A DNA stretch of 64,000 bases, taken from positions 1 through 64,000 of the forward strand of contig JACQIB010000005.1 in assembly GCA_016198755.1 (NCBI GenBank), in the 5' to 3' direction. Origin of the DNA: Candidatus Aenigmatarchaeota archaeon. GTDB taxonomy: Archaea > Aenigmatarchaeota > Aenigmatarchaeia > Aenigmatarchaeales > JACQIB01. Under the pieces are notes generated by a model. That model did no database searches and was not told the DNA's origin. It worked only from the letters and a program-made list of their open reading frames with translations. Shown piece after piece: positions 17,301 through 24,701 of this stretch (position 1 is the first letter of the stretch; each line of letters starts with the position of its first letter). Made by a program: the position numbers and the translations under genes.

Positions 17301-17544
17301 AGAGAGTGATATATTCTGGCAAAAGTACTGGAGACTGCTATTTAACGAGAAGGCTCCTTCAGCTCAAGTAAGGGCTGAGATACTGAAGGATACGTACATG
17401 GGAGAGGTAATAGCTGATATAGCAACAGTAGATAGGTATCCAAAATACAAGAAATTCGCTGATGTAAGATATGGGAGGGATTTTAACAAAGTAGTAAATG
17501 ATTTTAAAGATACTTTTAAGGGCAGAAATACTGTTCTAGGATAA
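11371..17544 (+). CDS. Giant protein B: secreted, membrane-anchored, polymorphic-toxin-like (three ConA/LamG-like repeats, chagasin-like Ig domain, TM, pre-toxin-like motif, PD-(D/E)XK-like nuclease, HEXXH domain)
   Basis: Signal peptide MFILIFFFTLIAALPSAVIA; TM LAFVITLAAGAGGIY; WNYCTGSFMNAGECTGE; DIDRLG...AAEVKS; QHELMH...EVIAD. Shares several blocks with protein A. Confidence 0.75.
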   Translation: MFILIFFFTLIAALPSAVIAADVVYTADNTPEQAGWSGSGGGSVSVSSGILDVNKPANTHYYFNKNVPELDNSIGTTFEARVKIVFGGMTSGYLSEHGTEHAYGAYFDIRDGTRLGGVAIGDNKIEFGKQFFAMDTKSDFHVYRLTLRGDSMLLYIDGNFVATEKASTASGSVITAAVSTSSWTGNGESLWDYIAYTSTGAYPANSYSFPGLPVIIKNILITPIAVETTASTTSTTTTTIALTTPAFPVNEITPKSCPIYITNPCSASEVYDDKTCSCVKKPELDMIEYSGDLLPAKSTPAWTDIAATWANSVSDGVLKIAGPPGEMNGYKLKLEITPYDDFTIEARLKIEEADPVYGLLLEFWDGKKNEGLILHKDRIRLMMGKTEYRMDTTSYHTYRIEFTQRDKKTRVFVDGKEVLSGTGVYYTDAYKGIAIGHIVTNVGTSKSYWDYVKFWYGASETPPEKEKDGFVSTGTFCSDKEPSALIYAPYTASTSAFRADYYVNSVPMDYTGQACDSPTPSTGLYTYNFKVAVGSGVEKTTHQYRGQVCLPTSCKEYISSFKKSKTLELPEGKYMLSLSAFVNDIAARSQIDSAAEIYTANRLPGKEGWNIVGGVDSLSVNGGILYYNGPAGIHYLSRDIAADNSIGTTVEANMRGIPKSPLAAIIDVADGKGYIEMELKPSWIVFGGQQYDFDARDSFNTYRITLKGNVATLYLNGKYFATATPIETNENEVIFGKSTKESSAAANSQWEYIDYTTSGAYSPDDYSFPQISYTHTIEVSADYPVIYPQITEHISIPSEKISLDSWTDPYDINTHTSTGGCGANSCNSNEQKETSPSIKIASSNKYTLDTYIFYRVLVKPDGSEEIIDQYKYNNHISTRSEPVQGQTGVNRYFAEYTLPEKILELKGAGDYTVEVRRIRIPALTAEKNPNIGIDSVVNLYDAELINNHTFETGWEKFPGQERSWNHDYYMCTKTPASIFSSTGSLDLTKVTDNACVNLNMFQVNESYCKFPYQSYRYLHTSYQSLVYNDYYDLIQDWKYQSCWLELLTNKSISTKSLGENIAAYVYSANDGGVDVAPAYEYRKLAVGDRFSITLSNGWKIEKLDTNYISATHEGGLCTDSIPPVCSIPYEFKALKEGNTKIVLSSVGAGIIEIKVVELDIEGSPAAFPFVLDAGHGNGTSGATGDSTSNTGTAPLAFVITLAAGAGGIYAVSRGALAGKKLFGDDTLGTGERRKVPLEIKIDDSKRKPAHVIYTGDGEVRLRGEFLAKNGIQVWNANENTYVSPLLTLPFAENANDMLPPHSKPTYQPAPPIKTVPGGNWGMKGAAPVQRPPETKASKATAAIVNSAKIALGLTGSAKTFGPNKIVNAAILGSFAGIQNNTNKKLITMKDKIINGVGSLFGKIGGMFGNIKNPEEFMDKNGPYIALGPSGIGFKAARSLTQLFENKASGIPILGKIAGGLRAVGDFGYGFGKSLYNTAKGLVYDLPKAVYNWATTSKDHWGDIKNAGKFIANGVSWMAIHPAETGGMIKNLAQQAWNYCTGSFMNAGECTGEIAQLFVGGGTVGTVSKIGKVAKVVEGVETITKAERALNVAGKAGGIARKTETATTVIKTIKVNYGKRIGEIVEGIAKNSKYNNPEKLENLAKKIQALTKSDEAGASMELRKLREAIKNGDEIYDINMRGKITKNIIDIDRLGKEAKGAKYAAEVKSVTPQMMQDAKSWKNWIRKDILDTGRKLSDAKKEIPELRDITKLKFELPTDSLKARLPDGTSFEKLLKEELKKSLKMDKPDFEVVLNGKVVTAESGLSPAAEANLWRALFPMEKSSEITKIEKVTSSISRIEKPTGKISNLGKTIEAEELTKLSSYKKATLSAEKIEKTFNQEYRKALLKEFPDMKKTKLKVEDITEKFVGHITQKMPLASTRDVEGLWQKFGGRITDITVYRKRVQGLVKNGLDGVPELTKTESTKWIVQHELMHQASKESDIFWQKYWRLLFNEKAPSAQVRAEILKDTYMGEVIADIATVDRYPKYKKFADVRYGRDFNKVVNDFKDTFKGRNTVLG

Positions 17545-17596
17545 CGAAGTAAATATACATCATGCGAGGTGAAATAGCTTCATTTTGTGCTTTGCG

Positions 17597-17640
17597 TATG
17601 TTACAATTTAACATATTGTATGTTATATAATATTAACATA
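17597..17640. repeat. Two TATGTTA..TAACATA inverted repeats overlapping a dif-like 28-mer
   Basis: TATGTTA-N5-TAACATA (17597-17615) and TATGTTA-N8-TAACATA (17619-17640). ATTTAACATAT-TGTATG-TTATATAATAT at 17606-17633. Confidence 0.45.
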
Positions 17641-17643
17641 AAA

Positions 17644-17827
17644 TGGTGCCCCCAATGGGATTTTCTCCCTAGTTTTGAATTCATGCTACGCGGAAAATTT
17701 GCTCCGCGCAGTCCCATGTGTCAAGCTTGAGAAGCTTGCATCCTTCTCCGTGCCCTGGCTACCTGAGGGGGTAGGCCGGTAGGGGGAAACTTCCCCCTGC
17801 GGGCGGACCGGACTAGACGATGGGGGC
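17644..17827 (-). tRNA. tRNA-Glu(CTC) with three predicted introns (17745-17806, 17680-17712, 17661-17673) and encoded CCA
   Basis: Removing the 62, 33 and 13 nt inserts gives a 76-nt cloverleaf: GCCCCCATCGTCTAGTCCGGTAGGATGCAAGCTTCTCAAGCTTGACACATGGGTTCAAATCCCATTGGGGGCACCA. BHB central helices TCCG/CGGA and CATG/CATG. Confidence 0.88.
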
Positions 17828-17926
17828 AAGAGTTGTTTGGGGAGAAGAAGTTTAAAAGCCTTATGTTTAGGCCTGCGCCCCTATAGGAAGAAAAGGGATT
17901 TAAGCCTTCTGTGCAAGGCATTTGCT

Positions 17927-18370
17927 ATGGGAGAAGAGGTTGTTCTTGCCGGTGTAGTTGGCGTATCCTTGGGCTGCGCTGGCGCTGCTCTATATGCTAA
18001 CTATAGAAGGAGTTTAAAATTCGCTTCAGGAATTATGGATAATCTGGAAAGAGAATATAAAAGTATTATTGGAGACCCGGCATATCGCGGATTTGATAGG
18101 TTCCCAAGCAGAGAGTGGGCAAGGGGAAGTTTGCAGAGAATGCGGGGTGTAACTGCTATAAAGCTGTCTGAAGTGAAAGAGGCATGGCTCATAAACTGGA
18201 CTGTAAGGTATAGGTTAGAGGAGGATTTTGGGATTATGGGGAGGGCACTGGATAGGATGTATGATCAAGCCGGAAGCAACGCTGGGTTAGAACCTGTTTG
18301 GACTTATCTGAAAAACTTGAATGAAACTGGAGAAGTAGCTGGTGTACTTATAAGAAAAGGGAGGTTGTAA
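17927..18370 (+). CDS. Hypothetical protein with N-terminal TM helix
   Basis: MGEEVVLAGVVGVSLGCAGAALY; start moved to the ATG at 17927. Confidence 0.6.
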   Translation: MGEEVVLAGVVGVSLGCAGAALYANYRRSLKFASGIMDNLEREYKSIIGDPAYRGFDRFPSREWARGSLQRMRGVTAIKLSEVKEAWLINWTVRYRLEEDFGIMGRALDRMYDQAGSNAGLEPVWTYLKNLNETGEVAGVLIRKGRL

Positions 18371-18375
18371 TGGAA

Positions 18376-19419
18376 TTAGAACAACCTTCTGTTATCTTCA
18401 ATCCACTTGTACAGTTTGCCTATTCCCTCTTCTAAAGAAATTTTCGGTTCCCAGCCCAGCAATTCTTTGGCTTTAGAAATGCCGGAAACATAAACTTTCT
18501 GGTCGTTTGGCCACCAGTCACCCCAGTTTATTTTCACTGTTTTCCCGCTTATTTTCTCCAAAAGCTCCTTAAGCTCTAAAATTGAAAGATTCTGCTTTGG
18601 CCCGCCGCCTAAATTGAACACTTGTCCTGAAAGTTTGTCTGCTTTATCTATAAACATCTGCCAAGCTCTGATTAAATCTTCAACAAAAATTGGATCTCTT
18701 ACCTGTTTACCATCACCAAAAACAGGCCATACTCTTCCCAGAGCTGTGGAAATTGTGAAATTAGCAATCCAACCCTGCTCTGCATTCCCAAACTGATTTA
18801 AACCATAGATAGTAGACATGCGGAAAATTCCAGAGCGGATCCATCCCCTCAGCCCATAATCCTGAACATACAAATCAGCTGCTGCTTTAGAACAGCCATA
18901 TGGAGTTCTTCCGCAGCCGTCTATTGGAAAGGTTTCCGGTATCCCTTCTGCATCCAGTTTTTTATCTGAAAAAGAATAGCGTTTCTCCCCTTCTGTTACA
19001 GGCAGTTTATTGACATTATCCCCATAAACCTTGTTTGTGGAGCAGAAAATAAAAATCGGCTTTCTCCCACCCTTCCTTGCTCCTTCCAGAACATTAAAAG
19101 TTCCAAGAGTGTTTGTTTCAAAGTCTGTTCTCGGATCCTCTATACTTTTAATTGCTGCCACTTGAGCTGCTGTATGGATTATTAGATCTGCCTCTGCAGC
19201 TAGCTTTTCTGTTAAAGCTGTATCTGTTGTGGAGCCTTCTATTTTCTTTATTTCCTTAGGCAAACGGTTCCAGTTCCAGTTTGCAGCTTCAGCAGGGAGA
19301 TTAGAGTTCTTGTGACGCGAAAGATTGTCCAGAACAGTTACAGAATGCCCCTGCTGGGCAAAATAAATTGCAGCATGGGAACCTATAAAACCGCCCCCGC
19401 CTGTTACAAGCACTTTCAT
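18376..19419 (-). CDS. NAD-dependent sugar-nucleotide epimerase (CDP-paratose 2-epimerase/RfbE-like)
   Basis: VLVTGGGGFIG, STNKVYG, PYGCSKAAADLYVQDY, GDGKQVRD. Confidence 0.9.
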   Translation of the reverse strand: MKVLVTGGGGFIGSHAAIYFAQQGHSVTVLDNLSRHKNSNLPAEAANWNWNRLPKEIKKIEGSTTDTALTEKLAAEADLIIHTAAQVAAIKSIEDPRTDFETNTLGTFNVLEGARKGGRKPIFIFCSTNKVYGDNVNKLPVTEGEKRYSFSDKKLDAEGIPETFPIDGCGRTPYGCSKAAADLYVQDYGLRGWIRSGIFRMSTIYGLNQFGNAEQGWIANFTISTALGRVWPVFGDGKQVRDPIFVEDLIRAWQMFIDKADKLSGQVFNLGGGPKQNLSILELKELLEKISGKTVKINWGDWWPNDQKVYVSGISKAKELLGWEPKISLEEGIGKLYKWIEDNRRLF

Positions 19420-19458
19420 GCTACCAGTTTCTAGGGTAAGCTTTTAAAGCTTTTGGGC

Positions 19459-19764
19459 TTAGAGGTAGGTTTCAATCCAGCTTTTCAGTTCAGCCTTTCC
19501 CCTCAAACCTATAAGCCTGGAAACCTGCTTTCCATTCTGGAACAAAACCAGAGTTGGTATGCTCATTACCATGAACTGCTGAGCTATTACAGGATTTGAG
19601 TCCACATCCAACTCGAGAAACTTTACTTTTTTCATTTCCTTCTCCAACTCCAAAAGAAGCGGGTGGAGAGCATGGCAGGGACCGCACCAATCTGCTGAAA
19701 AGTCCACAAGAACTAATCCTGTTCCAGTATCTTTGCTAAATGTTGCATCCACTGTATTTTCCAT
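19459..19764 (-). CDS. trxA: Thioredoxin
   Basis: DFSADWCGPC and MSIPTL. Confidence 0.95.
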   Translation of the reverse strand: MENTVDATFSKDTGTGLVLVDFSADWCGPCHALHPLLLELEKEMKKVKFLELDVDSNPVIAQQFMVMSIPTLVLFQNGKQVSRLIGLRGKAELKSWIETYL

Positions 19765-19823
19765 GAGCTAGAATAGTGTTTAAGCTAAATAAAAAGGGTT
19801 ATGTTTCTGTTTTTTTGAGTTTA

Positions 19824-20393
19824 CTAGGAAATTACTGCTATCTTTGCCCCTGCCAGCTTAATCAAATCCCCTACAGAAAGTTCAAGTCCAAATTTTGGAT
19901 TGCCTGAGCTAATGCTTACTTTTCCTTTTGCAGCCAGCTTTTTATCCACAATAACAGGAAGTATTTGTTTTATTCCTATAGGAGCTGTTGTGCCAGCTGG
20001 CATTCCTGTAAGCTTTTTCAGCAAGGCCTCGGAAGCAAACTGCAGCTTTCCTGTTCCTACAATATCCCTTACAAGCCCAGCCTTTACTTTCCTATCACCT
20101 GAAACACAGGCTATACAGCTATTTTCCCCGTCTGTCAGTACAATGCACTTTACAATTGAAGAAGCTGGCCTGTGTCTTTCTTTTGCAATTTCCTCAGAGG
20201 TATAGGCTGCCCTGCTATGGGGAAGAGGGCTAAAAGCCACACCATGCTCAAGCAGGTATCTTGTAACTGGTGTTGAGGGTACTTTTGGTAGTTTTTCTTT
20301 TACTCTCTTTACTGCTTTCAGAACTTTCTTAACTGCTTTTTTAGCAGTTTTAACTGTTCTCTTAACACCCTTTTTGGAGTGTCTTTTTGCCAT
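19824..20393 (-). CDS. YbaK/EbsC family aminoacyl-tRNA editing protein with Lys-rich N-terminal extension
   Basis: IVKCIVL, TGMPAGTTAPIG, ISSGNPKFGLEL. Confidence 0.85.
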   Translation of the reverse strand: MAKRHSKKGVKRTVKTAKKAVKKVLKAVKRVKEKLPKVPSTPVTRYLLEHGVAFSPLPHSRAAYTSEEIAKERHRPASSIVKCIVLTDGENSCIACVSGDRKVKAGLVRDIVGTGKLQFASEALLKKLTGMPAGTTAPIGIKQILPVIVDKKLAAKGKVSISSGNPKFGLELSVGDLIKLAGAKIAVIS

Positions 20394-20479
20394 ATATAAT
20401 ATTCTGTTTTGGGAATTAAAAGCTTCTTTTTTTCCCCTTAAAAATCGGGTTTTATAAAACTTACTTTCCTAACTTTACC

Positions 20480-21220
20480 ATGCTGCAAACTCTTAGAATG
20501 AGAAATGGTAGCACACTCCAGCATGGAAGTATAACATTGCTTGATGCAAATGTTTTAGTTGGTGCAGCAACTGGACGACACAAGTATGATACAGGATTTG
20601 TAGATGACATTAAAAGCGGGCTGTATTCTACTCCTGTTGCTATAGCTGATGTTACATTGGATGAAGCCAACGCAGTTTGTAAAAGACCTGATGTTGGAGG
20701 AGATTCAAACAGTATTTGGAGAGATATATCAAGTAGCAATATTCCGTGCTATTTGATAGATACAGGACTTTTGGATGCTTGGAGGCAGCCAACCACAGTT
20801 GTTTTAAAAGAACTTTCAAGGTACGAAACTTCCATAAATCCCGCTTACAGGCAGCTTGTGCAAAGAATGCCGCTGCATAATAACAATAACAAACCCAGAA
20901 ACTCCTGCGGTGACAGGATAGTTGCATATGCTGCCCTATATTTGAGAGAAAAAGTAGCTGGTAGTGTCAGCCTTCTTACATGGGACTCTGATTTTAATGT
21001 TATTGCACAGGACATGAAAAGGCTTGGAATTTGTGTGAATAATACTAAAGATCACATAAAAGGGATTGGAATGAAACCAGAAGCATTTAATGGCAGACCT
21101 CTTTGTAAAGAGCGGGCAGATAGCTTATCTCCTAAACCGGAAGATCTAGACAGAATGACTGTAACAGAAGCCCTTAGAGCCAGTGGAATTACTGTAACAA
21201 TAAAAAATAAAACATCTTAG
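20480..21220 (+). CDS. PIN-domain protein (paralog 1)
   Basis: LLDANV, SCGDRIVAYAALYL and LLTWDSDF acidic motifs. Confidence 0.7.
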   Translation: MLQTLRMRNGSTLQHGSITLLDANVLVGAATGRHKYDTGFVDDIKSGLYSTPVAIADVTLDEANAVCKRPDVGGDSNSIWRDISSSNIPCYLIDTGLLDAWRQPTTVVLKELSRYETSINPAYRQLVQRMPLHNNNNKPRNSCGDRIVAYAALYLREKVAGSVSLLTWDSDFNVIAQDMKRLGICVNNTKDHIKGIGMKPEAFNGRPLCKERADSLSPKPEDLDRMTVTEALRASGITVTIKNKTS

Positions 21221-21258
21221 AAAATCATGCTTTTAAAACTTACATTCCAATTCTACAC

Positions 21259-21885
21259 ATGCTGCGAAATGTATATATGAGAAAAAACAACGATCAACCA
21301 CACTACAATTCAGTGGCACTTTTAGATGCGAATACATTTGTGAGTGCGGCCTGTGGAAGAGGAGGAAAAGCCTATAATTTGTTAACATCATCCTTTCTAA
21401 AAACTGCTTCGGGCGCATTGGCTATGGCTGATATTACAATGAGAGAGGCAGAAGGTGTGTGCGAAAGAACGGTTAATCAACAACCATTTGGTAGATTAGT
21501 TGGCTCTATTAAAGGTTCTCCAATGCCTTTCCTGCTGATAGAAACAGGATTCTTGAGTGCATGGTATAGAAGTGTGGAAGCCACAATAAAAGAGTTAAAT
21601 GAATACGGAAGCCTTGTAGACTCTACACACAGAGAAATTGTACAAAAAATGCCTGTAGATATTAGAAGGCTGAGAGCTTCATGCGGGGATAGGATTGTTG
21701 CATACTCTGCTCTTTATTTAAGGAAAAGTGTTGCAGATTCTGTTTCGATTGTTACATGGGATTCTGATTTCGATGGTATAAAAGAGGACTTGAGAACACT
21801 TGGAATTGAAGTCTACAATGCAAGAGAATATTTAAATCATAAAAAAGCAGTGGCGGGCCCGGAGGGATTTGAACCCCCGGTCTGA
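21259..21885 (+). CDS. PIN-domain protein (paralog 2); 3' end overlaps tRNA-Arg
   Basis: LLDANT, SCGDRIVAYSALYL, IVTWDSDF. Confidence 0.7.
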   Translation: MLRNVYMRKNNDQPHYNSVALLDANTFVSAACGRGGKAYNLLTSSFLKTASGALAMADITMREAEGVCERTVNQQPFGRLVGSIKGSPMPFLLIETGFLSAWYRSVEATIKELNEYGSLVDSTHREIVQKMPVDIRRLRASCGDRIVAYSALYLRKSVADSVSIVTWDSDFDGIKEDLRTLGIEVYNAREYLNHKKAVAGPEGFEPPV

Positions 21886-21980
21886 TGGTTTCTTCTGCGC
21901 CTCCTGATTGGGGAGGTGCCGGAACCGTTAAGGTTCTGGCTCCGAAGCCATCTGCTCTATCCAGGCTAAGCCACGGGCCC
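21851..21980 (-). tRNA. tRNA-Arg(TCG) with canonical 37/38 intron (21890-21941)
   Basis: GGGCCCG acceptor stem, GATGG/CCATC anticodon stem, TTCAAAT T-loop, CCA end, BHB helix CTTC/GAAG. Confidence 0.92.
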
Positions 21981-22055
21981 AAATTGTTTTGTTAGTGCGC
22001 AGTTTTAAAGCTGCGTTCTGATGAGCTTAAATAGATTTATTTTAATGGAGTATAC

Positions 22056-22682
22056 ATGGTATCAAGTGGGAGAAAAAGCATTATTTATGAAGGGTGGGCA
22101 GGAGCACGAACCGTGGACACACCTTTTGTTGTTGAACGGCAGCTAGGTCCAGATCCTAGAAAATATACTATATTCCCGAGGTATATGTTAGAAGCTGGCG
22201 TGTACACACCGGAAAATATATATACACATATAAGAATGCCCAAGGAAATAAAAGAAACTGTACTTACAGGACAGCTTATTCAGGATATAAGAACTGGATT
22301 TGAGTCTAACAATAAAAACGGTCTGAACATGATTGGATATATAGTCTGCCACTATAGAGAGGGGGAAATAAAAATGAGGGTTGTTGCTCTTTCACCTATA
22401 CACACGGGTTCGCCTATAAGCACACGCGAGCATGGTAGAAAACTTGTTGCACTTAGCAGAACAAATAGTGATCTTAGATTTGAGGGTATGATACCATTAC
22501 ATGATTTTGAAATTTATGAATATGGGAAAGCTCTTGAAATGGCTGCTGCAGACGTAGTTAGAGATGCAGATAGGTTGACTGAACTGGCAGCTGAGTTAAC
22601 AGGAATAAGAGATGAATATTCCAGAATGTATGGATATAGGTATGATGAACCTCACAATCTTTTAGTACCTGCCAGAGCTTAA
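22056..22682 (+). CDS. Hypothetical protein
   Basis: 208-aa ORF with upstream TATA-like and GGAG sequences; no recognised motif. Confidence 0.6.
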   Translation: MVSSGRKSIIYEGWAGARTVDTPFVVERQLGPDPRKYTIFPRYMLEAGVYTPENIYTHIRMPKEIKETVLTGQLIQDIRTGFESNNKNGLNMIGYIVCHYREGEIKMRVVALSPIHTGSPISTREHGRKLVALSRTNSDLRFEGMIPLHDFEIYEYGKALEMAAADVVRDADRLTELAAELTGIRDEYSRMYGYRYDEPHNLLVPARA

Positions 22683-23926
22683 GGTTTAATCCTATCCATT
22701 GTTCTTGGGAATGGTATAGTATCCATTATGTGTGCTGAGCCTGTAAGCCACATTACTAATCTTTCTATTCCTAACCCAAAGCCAGAGTGCGGAACAGAAC
22801 CATATTTTTGCAGGTCAATATACCATTCATAGTCTTTTTTGTTCAGCCCAAACTTTTCCATAGCTTCTGTCAGGTCCTCTAACTTATCAATCCTCTGCGA
22901 TCCCCCAATAACCTCACCCACTCCAGACAAAAGCAAATCAGCAGCCAGAACAGTTTTCTTGTCTGCAGGCTTCATATAGAAGGCTTTCATCTCCCTTGGG
23001 AAATGTGTAAGGAAAATTGGCTTGTTCCCAAGTTTTTTAACAAGCTCCCTTTCCTCAGCATCTGTTATATCATCCCCCCATTTCTTCCCCATTTCCTTTA
23101 GCATTTCCTCATAAGTCATTCTTTGGAAAGGGGCTTTCAGCCCTCTTAATTCCTCCAAATCTTTTCCAAGGGCTTTCAGCTCCTGCTCGTTTTTCTCTAA
23201 AACATACTTAGCTACAAAAATCACAAGCTCCTCCTCCAGCTTTAGCATACCCTCAAAGTCCATCCAAGCAACCTCTGCCTCATGGTGCCAGTATTCAGAC
23301 AAATGCCTTATTGTCCTGGACTTTTCAGCCCTGAAACTGGGGGCTATTGTAAATATTTTTTCCAAAGAATAAATCAAAGCCTCAGCATGCAGCTGCCAGC
23401 TCTGGGCAAGATAGACTTTCTCCGGCTTTCCATACTTCACTTCGAAAAGCGTTGTCGCCCCTTCACAGGCATTTGTTGTGAAAATCGGGGACTGTATCTC
23501 ATAAAAACCGCGAGCAGTATAGAACTCGCGTATAGCTTGGAACACAGAAGAACGGATTTTAAAAATATTTGTAAGCTTTTGCGAGCGCACCCATAAGTGC
23601 CTAACATCTCTTAGAAACTCCTCGCTCTGGTCCTTTGTTATTGGAAACCTTTCAGCCAGCCCAACTATCTTTATATTTGTTCCGGCAATCTCTGCCCCTC
23701 CCGGAGCTCTTGGATCTTCCTTAACAACCCCTTCAATTTCCAGTGAACTCTCTATAGTAACTTTTTTTGCTTCTTCAGAATCCTTGAAAATACACTGCAT
23801 AAGGCCTGAGCTATCCCTGAGAATAATGAAAACCGCACCCTTCTGCTCCCTTACTCTATGTGCCCATCCTCTAATCTTAATGGTTTTTCCGTTGCTTTTC
23901 AAAGCCTCTGTTACGGGGATAAACAT
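22679..23926 (-). CDS. asnS: Asparaginyl-tRNA synthetase
   Basis: OB fold (IRGWAHRVR), FRAEKSRTIRHLSEYWHHEAE, GEVIGGSQR, PHSGFGLGIERL. Confidence 0.88.
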   Translation of the reverse strand: MFIPVTEALKSNGKTIKIRGWAHRVREQKGAVFIILRDSSGLMQCIFKDSEEAKKVTIESSLEIEGVVKEDPRAPGGAEIAGTNIKIVGLAERFPITKDQSEEFLRDVRHLWVRSQKLTNIFKIRSSVFQAIREFYTARGFYEIQSPIFTTNACEGATTLFEVKYGKPEKVYLAQSWQLHAEALIYSLEKIFTIAPSFRAEKSRTIRHLSEYWHHEAEVAWMDFEGMLKLEEELVIFVAKYVLEKNEQELKALGKDLEELRGLKAPFQRMTYEEMLKEMGKKWGDDITDAEERELVKKLGNKPIFLTHFPREMKAFYMKPADKKTVLAADLLLSGVGEVIGGSQRIDKLEDLTEAMEKFGLNKKDYEWYIDLQKYGSVPHSGFGLGIERLVMWLTGSAHIMDTIPFPRTMDRIKP

Positions 23927-24008
23927 GGAAAATCTCTGGTTTCTGCAGAATAAATAGGTTGCTGGCTGCGCGCAAAGCTATTTTAACTGGAAAAAACAAA
24001 GCTGAAGC

Positions 24009-24701
24009 ATGAATAAACATGAGCGCAGGCATGTGCCGTCTTCAGCAGGAGCAATAAAAGACATTGTTTTTGGGGTTGAAGATGGAGTTGTAACAGCCCT
24101 CGGAACTGTTTTGGGGGTGGGAGCTGCTGTTTCTGATGTAAGCATTGTTATAATAGCAGGAGTAGCAGCGTTGTTTGCAGAAGCTGTTTCAATGTTCTTC
24201 GGCTCTTATCTCTCTGCAAAAGCTGAGAAGGAGATACAGGAAAGAAACATTATAACAGAGAGAGAGGAAATAAAAGAAAAGCCTAAAATGGAATTTAGGG
24301 AAATGGTTGGATTCTATATGCGGAGGGGCTTAACAAGAACCGAAGCTGTAAAAGTTATAAAAAGGCTGGGCAAAGAAAAGTTCTTTAAAATAATGCTGGA
24401 TGAGGAATTTGGGCTTAGAGACGGGATACTAAAGAATCCACTGAGAGTTGCAACAGTATTTTGGTTAGCAACCATGGTTGGTATAATGGCTGTGGTTCCC
24501 TTTGCATTTACAGCTAATGTAAAGCTTGGAATAACTATAGCTGTTGGGTTAAGCATAGGAACTTTGTTTATTGTAGGGGCGCTGAAAAGCAGGTTTACAA
24601 AAAGGAACTGGGTTATTAGCGGGGCTGAGATGGCTGCAATTGGAATGGTTGCTGCAATGGTAGGGTTTATTGTTGGTTCGGTTTTCCATGTTGCTGCCTA
24701 A
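24009..24701 (+). CDS. VIT1/CCC1 family Fe/Mn transporter
   Basis: KDIVFGVEDGVVT, AEAVSMFFGSYLS, five TM segments. Confidence 0.9.
   Translation: MNKHERRHVPSSAGAIKDIVFGVEDGVVTALGTVLGVGAAVSDVSIVIIAGVAALFAEAVSMFFGSYLSAKAEKEIQERNIITEREEIKEKPKMEFREMVGFYMRRGLTRTEAVKVIKRLGKEKFFKIMLDEEFGLRDGILKNPLRVATVFWLATMVGIMAVVPFAFTANVKLGITIAVGLSIGTLFIVGALKSRFTKRNWVISGAEMAAIGMVAAMVGFIVGSVFHVAA

Noticed and set aside
17721-17921. 66-aa ORF on the - strand and the upstream extension of the 17837 ORF
   Set aside because: The 66-aa ORF overlaps the intron-containing tRNA-Glu, and the extension covers its promoter region; the GC-rich structure is explained by the tRNA.
21752-21982. 76-aa ORF on the - strand
   Set aside because: It is a reading of the tRNA-Arg gene and its intron.
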